A DNA stretch of 64,000 nucleotides from Prasinococcaceae sp. CCMP 1430 (Eukaryota > Plantae > Prasinodermophyta). This document shows, piece by piece, positions 52,948 to 64,000 of this stretch. Position 1 is the stretch's first letter. Every line of letters starts with the position of its first letter. Both the position numbers and the translations under genes were made by a program. The stretch covers positions 101,378-165,377 of the forward strand of contig RQSC01000001.1 in assembly GCA_013416795.1 (NCBI GenBank). Reading direction: 5' to 3'. Under the pieces are notes generated by a model. The model saw nothing but the letters and a program-made list of their open reading frames with translations, was not told the origin of the DNA and searched no databases.

Positions 52948-53958
52948 TTACTTCGGCAGCATGCGCTCAATGATGGCCGACACGCGCTTTGCGCCGTCCA
53001 TCACTCCGCCGCGCTCGCGCTTGGCGTAGTACTGCTCGAGGATGCGCGAGTTGAGGGCGGGGTCACCCTCGTGCTTGAGCGCATACAGCTCGCGTGAGGA
53101 GAGCGTGCCACCCTCGTGCGCGCGCGAACCCGAGCCCTTCGCCTTGCGGCGCCTTGCCAGGTTGAAGTAGTTCGTGCGAAAGATCCGACCGAGCTCAATC
53201 TCGACGTCGTGCACCTTCCTTTGCCCGGCGAACGCCTCCTGCAGCACGAGGTTGGTGGCCTCATAGAGCGACTCAAAGAAGAGCTTATCCTGCTGCGTGT
53301 GCTCGTAGTCGGAGCATGTCATGATTATCCGAGCGTACACGGGCGAGATGTCGGCGAGGCGCGCCTCGCAGGCTGCCTCGGCTTCAGCAACGGATGCCTG
53401 TGCCGCAGCGCCCCCCGCGGTGCGAAAGGGGCTAAACGCGCCCGTCGCATCGCCGTCAGCGTTGGTGGTCTCGGCTTCTCTCGCTCCATCCCCTGCGCCA
53501 GCCCCAGTTTCATCGTCCCCCTCGTGCGCGCCCCTGTCATCGCCTACGTCGTCGCCAGCGCCGCCACCACCAGCCTCGTTCCCGCCCACGCTCGCCGCCG
53601 CCGCCGCTGCCGCCGCGCGGCGTGCTGCAAAGTACGCGACGAAGTACGCGATCGTCGTGTGCAGGAAGTCGTCCATCAGCTCGCTCTTGAAGAAAGAACG
53701 GAACTTGGAGGGCGTCGCCGCGTCCTCGAACGCCCGGGAGACGCGCGCCTTGGCCTCGACGAAGTCGAAGCGCCTGCTCGTGAACATCACGCGCGGCTTG
53801 CCCTGCGCGCCGCCGCCCGCCCCCGCGGCCTCGCCCTCGCCGCCGCCGCCGCCCGCAGCGTCTCTGCCCCTGGCCCCGAGCCGCGCACGGCCCACGCGCG
53901 CCCGCGCCTCGGGGAACGCACGCACCGCTTCGGGCGGAGGCAGCGCGCCGCGCGCCAT
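52948..53958 (-). CDS. PPP1R36-like (protein phosphatase 1 inhibitor family) protein
   Basis: KFRSFFKSELMDDFLHTTIAYF...YARIIM...DKLFFESLYE...VEIELGRIFRT resembles the PPP1R36 family signature. Confidence 0.65.
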   Translation of the reverse strand: MARGALPPPEAVRAFPEARARVGRARLGARGRDAAGGGGGEGEAAGAGGGAQGKPRVMFTSRRFDFVEAKARVSRAFEDAATPSKFRSFFKSELMDDFLHTTIAYFVAYFAARRAAAAAAAASVGGNEAGGGGAGDDVGDDRGAHEGDDETGAGAGDGAREAETTNADGDATGAFSPFRTAGGAAAQASVAEAEAACEARLADISPVYARIIMTCSDYEHTQQDKLFFESLYEATNLVLQEAFAGQRKVHDVEIELGRIFRTNYFNLARRRKAKGSGSRAHEGGTLSSRELYALKHEGDPALNSRILEQYYAKRERGGVMDGAKRVSAIIERMLPK

Positions 53959-54215
53959 CGCCAATCTATGCATGTGAAAGTACGTCAAATGTGCCAACGG
54001 CGGCCGACTGTGATCCACAAAGACAAACAAAGACTGCTCGGTTTGCAAAAATCCGAAAGTCGGAGGGGGTGGAGAGGGAGGGGGGGAGAAGTCGTGTGTA
54101 GTCCACTGGAGTGTGTATGTGTGTGATGGAGGACGCGGCGTGGCGGTGGGGGTGGCGGTGGGGGCGAGGGAGGAGGCTCCCGGCGCCAGCGCACCGCGGC
54201 TGCGCGCCGAGCGTT

Positions 54216-55749
54216 TCAAATCCAGTCGCCCTCCTGCAGCTTGAGAGGGAGGTAGACCTCGGTGAGGAACTGGAAGCCAAAGCTGGACAGGGACTGGATC
54301 TCGGCCTTGGTCTTGGTGCGCATCATTATCTCCAGCTCCTTCACCCACTCCGGGTTCCTGCGTTGCGCGGGGTCAGCGTCGGCACCGCAGCGCAGCGCTC
54401 TCAGCCGAGGGGCGGCGCCCGACGACGGGCCGCGCGGCTGGCCTCTCTTCTGCGCGCGCGCGCCGAGGCTCACACACTTGGGCGCACGCACTTTGTGATG
54501 AAGTCCTCGGTCAGCAGCTTCTTTCCGGTTTCCAAATCCGACGCGGTCATGTCCAGGCGGCACTCGTCCGGGATGGCATACTTGTCGAGGTCCGATGGGC
54601 GCACGCCGAGCCAATGGATGTTCTGCGTCGTGAGGTTTGCAGAGTCATAGGACATGTTCTTGGAGCCAGACATGTACACCGAGAGGATTTTCAGGCCGTA
54701 CGGGTCAGAGTCAACGAGACCGAGCACCGGCAGGTTGAGCGTGCGCTGCAGCTTCGACAGGAAGAGGCGGGTCGACACGTCCGGCTGGCCTTTGCCTGTG
54801 ATGATCACGCAAGGGTACTTGTTGTAAAACCTGTCCTCGGCGAGCCGCATGAAGGCGGCGTCCTTCTCCACCAGCAGGATGAACTTGGCGTCGGAGCGCA
54901 TGTTGGTGACCTTGTCCATGTTGGAGGGGATCGCCTTGCCGCCGATGCCCATCTTGGTGCAGTCGATCTCGTCTCCGTCCTCGAGGTACTGCAGGCGCCC
55001 CACAACGACGCCCTTCTCCGAGGCCACGACGTGCAGCGATGTGCGCGTGCATCCAAGCATGCAGCTGACGTCGTCCAGCACGGCGTCGGAGTCGTTCTGG
55101 GAGTTGAAGAGCTTGACATCCTGTTGGGCGGGCTCACGGCGCCGGGCGGGCACGCGGGCGGTCAGCGGCTGCGCGTCGAAGCCGCAGCGCCTAGGGCGCA
55201 GCGCTTGGCGCTTGGCGCGCGGCACGCGGCACGCGGCGGGCGCACCGTGTAGAAGAGGTCGCGCTTGGTCACGTGGATGCCTTTGGCGCACACGTTGTAC
55301 ACCAGCTGCATGATGCGCGTCATGATGGTCGTCTTGCGCACAGCGTTGAGGTCTGCGAACTTCCTCAGAGTCGATTTGTCGCGCAGCACAATTCGATCGA
55401 GCTCGGGCACGTACAGCTGGTTGTTCGACGTGCGCGACGGCACGTTGAAGGCGTAGCCATCGCCAGCCTGCACCGCCTGCGCTGCCGCACACATCACGCG
55501 CTCGATGCCCCGCAGCACGCCCTCGGTGTGCATGTCGGTCACCTCCCGCAGCGGGCCGGGGTCCTTGTCGCCAAAGTCCACCTCAGCCAGCGTGAGTTTC
55601 TTGGCGCCGCCGCCCGCGGCCCCATGCTGCAGCTGCCGGCGCAGCGCCGCCACCTTCTGCAGGACGACCGCCGCGTCGGACGACAGCCGCTGCTTCTTGC
55701 GCTCGGCCGCCGCCGACAGGCCGCCCGTGCCGCCCTTGCGCTTCGCCAT
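54216..55749 (-). CDS. TOP6A: DNA topoisomerase VI subunit A (SPO11-3/RHL2); exons 55246-55749, 54492-55120, 54216-54357
   Basis: TKRDLFYTD (catalytic Tyr), [31 protein letters not shown]. Confidence 0.97.
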
Positions 55750-56398
55750 CGCCGCCCGGCGCGCGTGATGGGAGACGCGCGCGAGCCGCGGAGGGGGTCA
55801 CGAACCCCTGGAACTCCCCCTGCCCCGCCTCGCTCGCTCGCTCGCTCCCTGCCCAGGGGCGGCCCCCGCGGCCGCAGCCGTTGTCTCCCCGCCGTTTTCG
55901 AAAACCGGCGCAGGCGCACCCGCCGCGCGCCTCGCCCGACCGCGCACAGCGGCGGCGACGGGCGGGGCCGCGCGGCCCGAGTGCNNNNNNNNNNNNNNNN
56001 NNNNNNNNNNNNNNNNNNNNNNNNNNNNNNNNNNNNNNNNNNNNNNNNNNNNNNNNNNNNNNNNNNNNNNNNNNNNNNNNNNNNNNNNNNNNNNNNNNNN
56101 NNNNNNNNNNNNNNNNNNNNNNNNNNNNNNNNNNNNNNNNNNNNNNNNNNNNNNNNNNNNNNNNNNNNNNNNNNNNNNNNNNNNNNNNNNNNNNNNNNNN
56201 NNNNNNNNNNNNNNNNNNNNNNNNNNNNNNNNNNNNNNNNNNNNNNNNNNNNNNNNNNNNNNNNNNNNNNNNNNNNNNNNNNNNNNNNNNNNNNNNNNNN
56301 NNNNNNNNNNNNNNNNNNNNNNNNNNNNNNNNNNNNNNNNNNNNNNNNNNNNNNNNNNNNNNNNNNNNNNNNNNNNNNNNNNNNNNNNNNNNNNNNNN

Positions 56399-57712
56399 GC
56401 GCGGCTCGCAGCTGCGGCAGACGCCGCCGGCTGCGGGCCGGCGCTCGGTGGCAAGGAGGGCGTCGCCGCCGGCGCGCGCACACCGCTACGTGCAGCGCTG
56501 CACGGCACGGCCGCCGACAGGCGAGCGCTTCCCACCATCGTCGCAGCCTACGAGCGGCGCGGGCTCGGCCTGCGCAAGAGGCCGAGGGAAGAACCGCCGC
56601 CGCGGTCGACACCCTCGCACCAGGTTGCGTCCGCGTCCGCAGCTACCCCGACCACCTCCTCGGCACCCTCGGGCAACTCGCTCGCCGCGCGGCGGCGCCG
56701 GGCCCTCGAGCGCAAGCAGCAGCGCGAGCGTGAGGCCGCCGCCGCCGCCGCGGGCACGGCTGCCGCGGACACGGGCGAAGGGGCGGGCGCCGCACTCGCA
56801 GCCGCAGGCCCCGTGACGAGTGCCGGAGCCGGAGCGTCCCAGGTCGACTTGGAGTGCGCGCTCATCGAGGATGTCCTGGCGAGCGCGGATGCCGCCGACG
56901 CCGAGGCGGTGGCCGCGGCGGCGCTTGCGGCTGCCGTGGAGGATGCGACCGCACGGCAGCAGAGCTGCTCGAGCCTCGCGGACCGCTGCCGCAACACGGC
57001 CGCGCGCTACCTGCTTCGGCAAGAGACGGTGCGCGCGGCCGCGGCCGCCCGCCTGCTCTTTCGATGCGCGAGGAGGGACGCGAGCACCGTCGCGAAGGCC
57101 GATGCCCCCAGGCGAGAGCCTTGGAGGCTGGCCCTGTCAGCGTGCGCCGACTCGAGCCGAGCGGGCGCGGTCTCGGCGCTCGAGCTGTGCTGCCTCCGGG
57201 CCATGGCGGGCAGCGGATGGGATGACGCGCTCGCCCGCGCGTTCGCCGCGCCTCCCCGGCGTGCACGTGGCTACAACGCGAGGCACTGCGCGGCGCACGC
57301 CGATGGGCTTGCGCCCGTTCAGCTCGTGGGCGCGCTCGCGCTGGAGATCGCTTCGCCCGGGGCTGCTGGGCAGGAGGTCGGCGAGACGCTCTGGTGGCAC
57401 GTCAACCCGTGCGCGTGCGCCGAGCTGGCTGCGCTCGACGAGGACGTCGCTGAAGCGTATGTCGGCGAGCTCGCGGCGGTGCTGCGAGCGGGGCGGACGC
57501 ACCGCCTGCGCGGCGAGGCGGTGCGCCGCCTGGCGGCGCTCGCCCTGCGCGGGGCGTGGCTGCGTGATCTCGTGTGTGCGAAGGTCGTCGGCTGCGACTC
57601 GTTGGAGGTTGCTGCGGGGGTGGATGGTGGCGGCAGCGGCGAGGGCGAGGGCGAGGGCGAAGCTGCTGTTCCCGCGCAGCTGCGCGACCTCCTGGAGGCG
57701 CTGCGGACGTGA
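56399..57712 (+). CDS. Hypothetical alpha-helical protein; 5' in gap
   Basis: Frame open from the gap to TGA 57710-57712; Ala/Leu-rich helical character. No family recognised. Confidence 0.6.
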   Translation, partial: ARLAAAADAAGCGPALGGKEGVAAGARTPLRAALHGTAADRRALPTIVAAYERRGLGLRKRPREEPPPRSTPSHQVASASAATPTTSSAPSGNSLAARRRRALERKQQREREAAAAAAGTAAADTGEGAGAALAAAGPVTSAGAGASQVDLECALIEDVLASADAADAEAVAAAALAAAVEDATARQQSCSSLADRCRNTAARYLLRQETVRAAAAARLLFRCARRDASTVAKADAPRREPWRLALSACADSSRAGAVSALELCCLRAMAGSGWDDALARAFAAPPRRARGYNARHCAAHADGLAPVQLVGALALEIASPGAAGQEVGETLWWHVNPCACAELAALDEDVAEAYVGELAAVLRAGRTHRLRGEAVRRLAALALRGAWLRDLVCAKVVGCDSLEVAAGVDGGGSGEGEGEGEAAVPAQLRDLLEALRT

Positions 57713-57804
57713 GGGACCGTGGTGGTCGTTCTCACGTCTGAAGCGCCTCCAGGGGCTTGTAACATGTGTATGTAGCAATTAAGTTTTACCACTGCACCAA
57801 GCGC

Positions 57805-58080
57805 TTACTTCTCCGCGCTCTCGCGCAGGCGGCGGATGGAGCTGCGCAGCGCGATGGAGGACGCGGTGTGGTACACGTAGGCACCGCCCGCGGACTTCTT
57901 GCCGCACGTCTTGCACTCCCAGATGCCCGCCGCCACGCGCTTCACGCTCGTCTTGCCGCAGTGCTCGCAGAAGTACTTCGAGTGCTGGGCGACCTCGATC
58001 TTCCTGATGCGCTTCCTGAGCATGGCACCATAGCGGGTGCCGAACTTGCCGGTGATGCCCACCTTCTTGGTCCTCTTGGC
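57805..58080 (-). CDS. RPL37A: 60S ribosomal protein L37a (eL43); ATG on a separate upstream exon, probably in the gap
   Basis: [19 protein letters not shown]; zinc finger CEHC...CKTC; GGAY; CAG acceptor at 58081-58083 with GCTGAC branch point. Confidence 0.97.
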   Translation of the reverse strand, partial: AKRTKKVGITGKFGTRYGAMLRKRIRKIEVAQHSKYFCEHCGKTSVKRVAAGIWECKTCGKKSAGGAYVYHTASSIALRSSIRRLRESAEK

Positions 58081-59120
58081 CTGCACGTGGACGAGGCGGG
58101 GGAGGCGAGCGTCGCGTCAGCGCCGGCGAGAGAGGGGGGCGGATGCGCAACATATGCGGCATGCCGGCGGCGAACGCCCGGCGAGAAGAGCGCACGCGGG
58201 CACGCGCCCCCGCCCGCGCTCGCAGCGTCGCGGGGCTACGCCCCACGCGACGCCGCGGGGCGACATGCACGCGGGACGCGCACACACGCGCGGGGGCGGG
58301 AGGGCGATCACAGGAGCCATTCGCAGGCGGCACGGCACACCCGCTGCCACCCAATCGCAGGGGCACGCAGACCAAGCGATTGCCGCGGCAGCGCTCCTCG
58401 CGCGTCCCGCGCGGCGGCGGTCCCCCCTCGCACACAAGATCTGCGCGTGCGCGCGCGCGCTTGCATGCCGGCATCGCGCCGCCCACGGCATCGGACGCGC
58501 GGCAGCCCGCCGCTCGTCGCGCCGCGCCCCNNNNNNNNNNNNNNNNNNNNNNNNNNNNNNNNNNNNNNNNNNNNNNNNNNNNNNNNNNNNNNNNNNNNNN
58601 NNNNNNNNNNNNNNNNNNNNNNNNNNNNNNNNNNNNNNNNNNGCCCGCCCTCAAAAAAAAAAGATTTATTGAAACTTTTCATCCGGAAATTTCAACATAC
58701 ATTTTGATTCACTTTTCGGTATCCCCCGTCCGAAATCCGTCGCCGGCGGAGGACGACGCGCCGTCCGAACGCAGGCGTTTTTTTCCGCGGGCGTTTTCCG
58801 CCGCATTTTTCCCGAACCCAAAAAAAAAAGCGGCGCGCTGCGGCGGCGCGGCGAGCGGCGGGGCGCGCTCCGATGCGTTCTTTTGATGGCGTCGAATTTT
58901 TCGAAATATGTGAAGTTTTTGAAGTTGGTATTTATGCATTTTCAATTAGCGCTAAAGAGCACATTTGGATGGGATTTCCGTTTGTTTTGGCCGGGGCGCG
59001 GGACGGCATGCACGCGCGCGCGGCGTCGCGGCCGCCACAGTGCGCACGCCCGGCAGCACACGTCCTCCCTCGAGCGAGACCAAGGCGTGGCTGTGCGGGT
59101 AGCACTCCCAGTCGGCAACC

Positions 59121-60199
59121 ATGGGCCGCATGCACAGCAAGGGGTGCGTGCGCGCGCGCGCGCGCGCGGCGCGCGCGCGGAGCGGGCGGGNNNNNNNNNN
59201 NNNNNNNNNNNNNNNNNNNNNNNNNNNNNNNNNNNNNNNNNNNNNNNNNNNNNNNNNNNNNNNNNNNNNNNNNNNNNNNNNNNNNNNNNNNNNNNNNNNN
59301 NNNNNNNNNNNNNNNNNNNNNNNNNNNNNNNNNNNNNNNNNNNNNNNNNNNNNNNNNNNNNNNNNNNNNNNNNNNNNNNNNNNNNNNNNNNNNNNNNNNN
59401 NNNGCGGATCGCGGGGGCCTCGTGCGTGCTCGAGCATGCGGTGCGGCGGCGCGGCGACCGCGCGCGTCGTCGCCCCCGCGGCTTGCTCCGCGCGCAGAAT
59501 GCATTGTCGCCCCTGCGGCGCGCCGAGCTGGGCGCCGGGCACTGCAGCTGTCGCGCACCGCGGGGCCGCGGCGTCTGTCCCTGCGGGCGCGTGGCGATCG
59601 GGCGCCGCGCGCGCCGCCGCCATCGATGCCCCCCCCCTCCTTGCCGCTGCCAGCACGCTCTCTCCCCAGCGTCTCGCTTCCGTTGCTGACGGTCCGCTCC
59701 GCCGCGCCTCGTGGGCACCCGCTCCTACGCATCCCCTGCGCGCGCGCTCGCCCCGGTCCCGAGCAGGAAGGGCATCAGCAAGTCGGCGCGCCCGTACAAG
59801 CGCACGCCGCCGGGCTGGCTCAAGGTGACCGCCCAGGAGGTGACCGACCACATGTGCAAGCTGGCGAAGAAGGGCATGACCCCCTCGCAGATCGGCGTGG
59901 TGCTCCGTGACTCGCACGGCATCGCGCAGGTGCGCTCGGTGACCGGCAACAAGATCCTGCGCATCCTCAAGGGCAACGGCCTCGCCCCGGACCTCCCGGA
60001 GGACCTGTACCACCTCATCAAGAAGGCCGTGTCGATCCGCAAGCACCTGGAGCGCAACCGCAAGGACACCGATGCCAAGTTCCACCTCATTCTCGTGGAG
60101 TCGCGCATCCACCGCCTCGCGCGCTACTACAAGCAGACGCGCAAGGTCCCGCCGACCTTCAAGTACGAGTCCGCGACCGCCAGTACCCTGGTGGCCTAA
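59121..60199 (+). CDS. RPS13: 40S ribosomal protein S13 (uS15); exons 59121-59143 and 59767-60199
   Basis: MGRMHSKG|[10 protein letters not shown]...[13 protein letters not shown]...[17 protein letters not shown]. Confidence 0.98.
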
Positions 60200-60342
60200 G
60201 CGTCGACCACCGCTGCTGCGCTGCCGGTGAGCTTTAATACCTTTCTCACCCCACACCCGCCCACGCGTCCGCCCAGCGCCCTACCGCATGTGCTCCGCAC
60301 ACGTCGCAGGAACCAGAAAGCGGCCGGTCGAGGCGGGTACTG

Positions 60343-62202
60343 TTACGTCTGCGCGGCGGCGCGCGGCGCCCACAGGCGCGAGAGCTGTCCTCTCAAAAGC
60401 GCGTTCATGCCGCGCGGCGGTTGCGGCTGCGCCTCGGAGTCCTGCTCCCCGCTGTTGTCCCTCGCGCCCCCTGCTCCGGTCGGGGGCGTCGCCTCCGTGG
60501 CCGGCGCGCCTTCTGCGGCCCTCCGCGCTCCCTCGCCCGCCTCCTGTCGGTCGCCGTCTGCGTCGACCGCGTGCGCCTCCGGCGCAACATCCTTCGCCCG
60601 CCCCGCCGCGGGCGCGGGCGACGGCCGCCACTGCTGCTGCTGCTGCAGCGCCTGCAGCGCCTGCTCGGACCTGGTCGGCTTGAGCATCTTCATGAAGCCG
60701 CGCAGCTGCTGCCCCCCCTGGCCGAGCCACAGCCTCGGGCCCTTCACCTCCGCCCCCACGAGGCTCTCGATCTGTACCCTGTAGGCCGCCTTCATATCCA
60801 CCATCTGGTCGGCGAGATCGTCGGCTCGCTCGGTGGCCTCGCCGAGCAGTTCGAGCGCGGTGTCGTGGCGCGCCCGCAGCACCTCGAGGTCGCGACGCGC
60901 GGCGGCCGCGGCAGCCTCAGCGTCGCGCGCCTCCTCCTGCGCCTTGAGCGCCGCCTCCATGGCCGCGTCCGCTGCGCGGCCGGCGGACGCCGCTGTCGCC
61001 TCGAGCACCTGCTGCTGCTGCTGGTCGGCCTGCGCCGCGGGCGCGATCGGCTGTGCGGGCTCCTGCTGCCGCGCCGGCCTCGCGGCGAGCTGCTCGCGCA
61101 GGTCCTGGCAGCGCGCGTCGGCCGCCGCAGCGGCGTCGGTGGCAGCGTCGCGCTCCTCCTTGAGCCGCGCCGCCTTCGTGAGCAGCTCCGCGGCAGCGGT
61201 TTTCGCCTCGTTGGCCTCGCGGCGCGCCGCCGTGCGCTCGGATCGAGCGGCCGCGAGCGCCGCTGCGGCGCGCTCGGCCACGGAGCACGCGTCCTCGAGG
61301 CGGAAGCGCACCGACTCGAGGTCGCGCTCGGCAGCGCCGCGCGCGGCGAGCGCAGTCGACAGCTTCTCGCGTAGCGCGCGCTGGCGCTCGGCGCCCTCGG
61401 ACGCCTCGCGCGCGGCGCGGCTGCGCGCCTGGGCGAGCTGCATGCGCAGCGCCTCCGCCTCCATCAGTCCCGGCGCGGCGTCGGTCTGGTGCTCCGCCTG
61501 CGTCTGTCGCAGCGCGCCCTCCGCCGCGCGCGCGCGCTCCTCCGCCGCGCGCACCTCACCGCGTAGCGCCTCATCCGCCGCGCCCCTTCGGGTGTCGGCC
61601 GCTGCCGCCTCGGCCTCGAGCGCCGCGAGCTGGCGCGACAGCGCGTGCTCGCGCGCCTCGGTCTCGCGAAGCGCCGCGGAAAACTTGGAGGCGCGCTCCC
61701 GGTCTGCCTCGGCGGCGGCATCGGCGCGCTCGGCGCGCGCGCGGTGCGACTCGCACTCCTCCTTGAGCGCCGCGAATGCCGCCTGGGCGCCCGTGCCGCT
61801 CGCGCCCCCGCTGCCGCCTCCGCCCCCGCCGCCGCCCTCCGCTCGCGCGATCTTCACATCGAGCTCGAGCTCGGCCACTCGCGTCTTGAGCGCGTCGCAT
61901 GCGTCGCGGGCAGCTCGCGCGTCCGCGTTGGCGGCCTCGAGCGCGTCCCCGAGGTCGTCTGCGGCGTCCCTTGCCTCGTCACGCGCGGCACGCGCCGTGT
62001 TTGTCGCCGCCTCGGCCTCCTGCAGCCGCTCGCGGAACTCGTCGCGCAGCGCGGCCAGCTGCTCGCGCGCGGAGCCCTCCCCGTCGCCGTCGGCCCCGCC
62101 GCCGCGCGCGCGCGCGCGCAGCGCCGCGTTCTCCTCGAGCGCGGTCGCGTGCGCCGCCTGCAGCGCGAGAAGTTTTCGCTCGAGCTCGTCGTCGGCCGCC
62201 AT
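60343..62202 (-). CDS. Long coiled-coil golgin with TMF/ARA160-type C-terminal domain
   Basis: Extended heptads ending in RHDTALELLGEATERADDLADQMVDMKAAYRVQIESL (TMF_TATA_bd-like). Confidence 0.8.
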   Translation of the reverse strand: MAADDELERKLLALQAAHATALEENAALRARARGGGADGDGEGSAREQLAALRDEFRERLQEAEAATNTARAARDEARDAADDLGDALEAANADARAARDACDALKTRVAELELDVKIARAEGGGGGGGGSGGASGTGAQAAFAALKEECESHRARAERADAAAEADRERASKFSAALRETEAREHALSRQLAALEAEAAAADTRRGAADEALRGEVRAAEERARAAEGALRQTQAEHQTDAAPGLMEAEALRMQLAQARSRAAREASEGAERQRALREKLSTALAARGAAERDLESVRFRLEDACSVAERAAAALAAARSERTAARREANEAKTAAAELLTKAARLKEERDAATDAAAAADARCQDLREQLAARPARQQEPAQPIAPAAQADQQQQQVLEATAASAGRAADAAMEAALKAQEEARDAEAAAAAARRDLEVLRARHDTALELLGEATERADDLADQMVDMKAAYRVQIESLVGAEVKGPRLWLGQGGQQLRGFMKMLKPTRSEQALQALQQQQQWRPSPAPAAGRAKDVAPEAHAVDADGDRQEAGEGARRAAEGAPATEATPPTGAGGARDNSGEQDSEAQPQPPRGMNALLRGQLSRLWAPRAAAQT

Positions 62203-62840
62203 CGCCTCCCCTCGCGACCAGCGGCTCCCACACACACACCGCCACCTGCAGCCCGCACGTTTTTTTCCCCTCGCTCGCTCCCGCTCTGCAACGGCCCGGC
62301 GCGCCCGCGCACCGAGGGTCCGTAGAGGGGAGTGGGCCTGGCGAGGGAAGGCGACGCGGAGGCTGCGCTACGCGATGGCGCACCGGAGGACGGGCGAACA
62401 CCCCCCTGCCGCCTCGTCCGCTCCCAGCCCGGCCCCGCAGCGCCGCGCGGCGGCGGGCCGCGCGCGCGCTCTGGCGCCCGGCGCATGCTCGCTGCGCGTC
62501 GCACTCAAACGTGTGAAAAATGCAATGCCGCGAATACAATGTGACGACCATTCAGGAAGGCGCCAGTGCACGGTGGCATGAGCTTGCGTGGCGTGGCGCT
62601 GGCGGCGGCGGACACGGTGGCAGTCGCCGTAGCGGCAGCGATGGGGGTGGCGGTGGCGACCGCGGCGGCGCAGGTGGCGGCGGTGGCGGCGTCCCGGCGT
62701 GCGGGGCGTGCGACGGCACGGCCAGCAAGCGGTTTATGCGAGCTTCGCACAGCGTGGCGCAGCGCCGCCCCGAATGCGCCTGCCATATACCCTCTCCTTT
62801 ACACGGCGCGCGCAGTGTACACCTCAACGCGAAGGCTATT

Positions 62841-63809
62841 TCAGGCGTCGACAAGGGCCTCGGATGCTTCCCAGACAGCTGCGGCAAGCGCGTCGTCGCG
62901 CGAGAGATCGCTGGGGTCCGCGGGCGCGCAGTCGACGAAGTAGCCGCCGCTCTCGCCCTCGACCTCGTCGGAGGAGGCGAGATATATGTGCGTCAGCGCC
63001 CCCTCCTCAACGGTCTTCGCCCGAGCCATCGTGAACCAGAGCAAAGCGCGCTTGAATGGACGCTCGTACCACGCCACCCCGTCCGTGATGTATCGACCGA
63101 GGTCCGTCGCAACGAGCCCGGGACAGAGGGCGTTGGCCGTCACGTGCGCGCCCTCGGCCTCGAGCCGACGCGCGAGCTCGCGCGTGAACAGTACGTTGGC
63201 CGCTTTCGAGTTGGCGTACGCGCCGAACGGGGTGTACTCCTCCATGGGCTCGCCCAGCTTCGCAGGGTCCAGTTCCTTGCACGATGCGTGGATCGCCGAG
63301 GAGACCACCACCACGCGCGCTGGCGACTCGGGCGTGCCCGCCGCGCGCAGCGCCGGCAGCAGCTCGCGCACCAGCAGGTGGTGTCCGAGATGATTGACCC
63401 CCATCTGGGCGTCGAAGCCATCCTTCGTGAGCCGCCCTTGAGGCGTCGCCATGATGCCCGCGTTGTTTACCAGCACGTCCACAGGTGCCGCGCCCACGCG
63501 CTGCGCAAACGCCCGAACGGATGCGAGGTCGCTGAGGTCGAGCTCCTCGACATCGACCGAGACGTTTGTCGCCGCCCCGGCAGCCGCTACGGCGGCCCGC
63601 GCCTCGGCACCCTTGGCGGCGTCTCGGCAGCCCAACACGACGTCGTAGCCGCGCTCCGCCAGCACGACGGCCGTGCGCAGACCCAGACCGCCGCTGCCGC
63701 CCGTGATCACCGCGCGCTTCTTCTGCCCCTCGCCCCCGCTCGCGCTTGCTGCGCCCGCCGCACGCCCGCGCGGCGCCGCTCGTTGCGACCGGCGCGCAAG
63801 CGATCGCAC
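62841..63809 (-). CDS. Classical short-chain dehydrogenase/reductase (retinol dehydrogenase/TIC32-like); true start not resolved
   Basis: ITGGSGGLG, DLSDLASVRAF, LVNNAGIM, VNHLGH, YANSK, CPGLVAT. Confidence 0.93.
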   Translation of the reverse strand: MRSLARRSQRAAPRGRAAGAASASGGEGQKKRAVITGGSGGLGLRTAVVLAERGYDVVLGCRDAAKGAEARAAVAAAGAATNVSVDVEELDLSDLASVRAFAQRVGAAPVDVLVNNAGIMATPQGRLTKDGFDAQMGVNHLGHHLLVRELLPALRAAGTPESPARVVVVSSAIHASCKELDPAKLGEPMEEYTPFGAYANSKAANVLFTRELARRLEAEGAHVTANALCPGLVATDLGRYITDGVAWYERPFKRALLWFTMARAKTVEEGALTHIYLASSDEVEGESGGYFVDCAPADPSDLSRDDALAAAVWEASEALVDA

Positions 63810-64000
63810 GATCGCTCGCGCCCGCAGGCGCAGGCGCGCGCGATGCCGTCGCTGCCGGTGTTCGCGTACGGCGGCGCCTCGGTGGACGCCGCGCCGACGG
63901 TGAAGGAGGCGGGCGGGCGTGAGCGACAGCAGCAGCGCCCGCCGCAGCGTCGAGTCGGAGGCGGCGATTCAGGCAGTGGCAGTGGCGGGGACGCAGGCGG

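Noticed and set aside
7567-59403. ORFs in the supplied track that run through N-gaps (7567-7644, 13920-14023, 17826-17983, 24536-25008, 25428-25475, 31574-31708, 55985-56398, 58531-58642, 59191-59403)
   Set aside because: Gap lengths are estimates, so frame continuity and apparent fusions across them are not evidence.
58084-59766. Intronic snoRNAs in the RPL37A and RPS13 first introns
   Set aside because: No C/D boxes in the visible parts; both introns are partly in N-gaps.
1-64000. Transposons, viral insertions or biosynthetic gene clusters
   Set aside because: No transposase, reverse transcriptase, integrase, capsid, terminal repeats or pathway-coherent enzyme cluster seen.

Overview
This is about 64 kb of a very GC-rich, gene-dense eukaryotic nuclear scaffold, most likely a green alga (prasinophyte-like). 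The evidence is short GT-AG introns with GCTGAC/CTAAC branch points, plant-type eIF(iso)4G, GRXS16 and TOP6A genes, TTTAGGG-like motifs and a plastid clpP fragment. Nine N-gaps fall mostly over GC-rich gene 5' ends. About 33 protein-coding genes or fragments are supported. Most are housekeeping genes: eIF5B, PheRS-alpha, eIF4G, RPL37A, RPS13, RPN3, citrate synthase, MoCo sulfurase, RMI1, TOP6A, GRXS16, an SDR and a TMF golgin. The most striking observation is short segments that read correctly only when complemented in place, without reversal. One is a 126-nt block inside eIF5B (10326-10451) that then restores exactly 42 conserved codons. A second (~8165-8292) restores the RMI1 branch point, polypyrimidine tract, splice acceptor and 17 codons. 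A probable third (ending ~38820) restores the RPN3 start codon. An ordinary inversion cannot produce this, so an assembly, processing or synthetic origin must be excluded first. Other notable items are a bacterial PheT-type tRNA-binding OB domain embedded in eIF5B, a TcdA-TatD fusion, an AT-rich plastid clpP fragment at the citrate synthase start codon, a non-RD receptor-like kinase with a CBM-like ectodomain, a Met/His-repeat cupredoxin-DUF305 protein and a candidate box C/D snoRNA. All assignments are by eye from motifs; no database searches were run.
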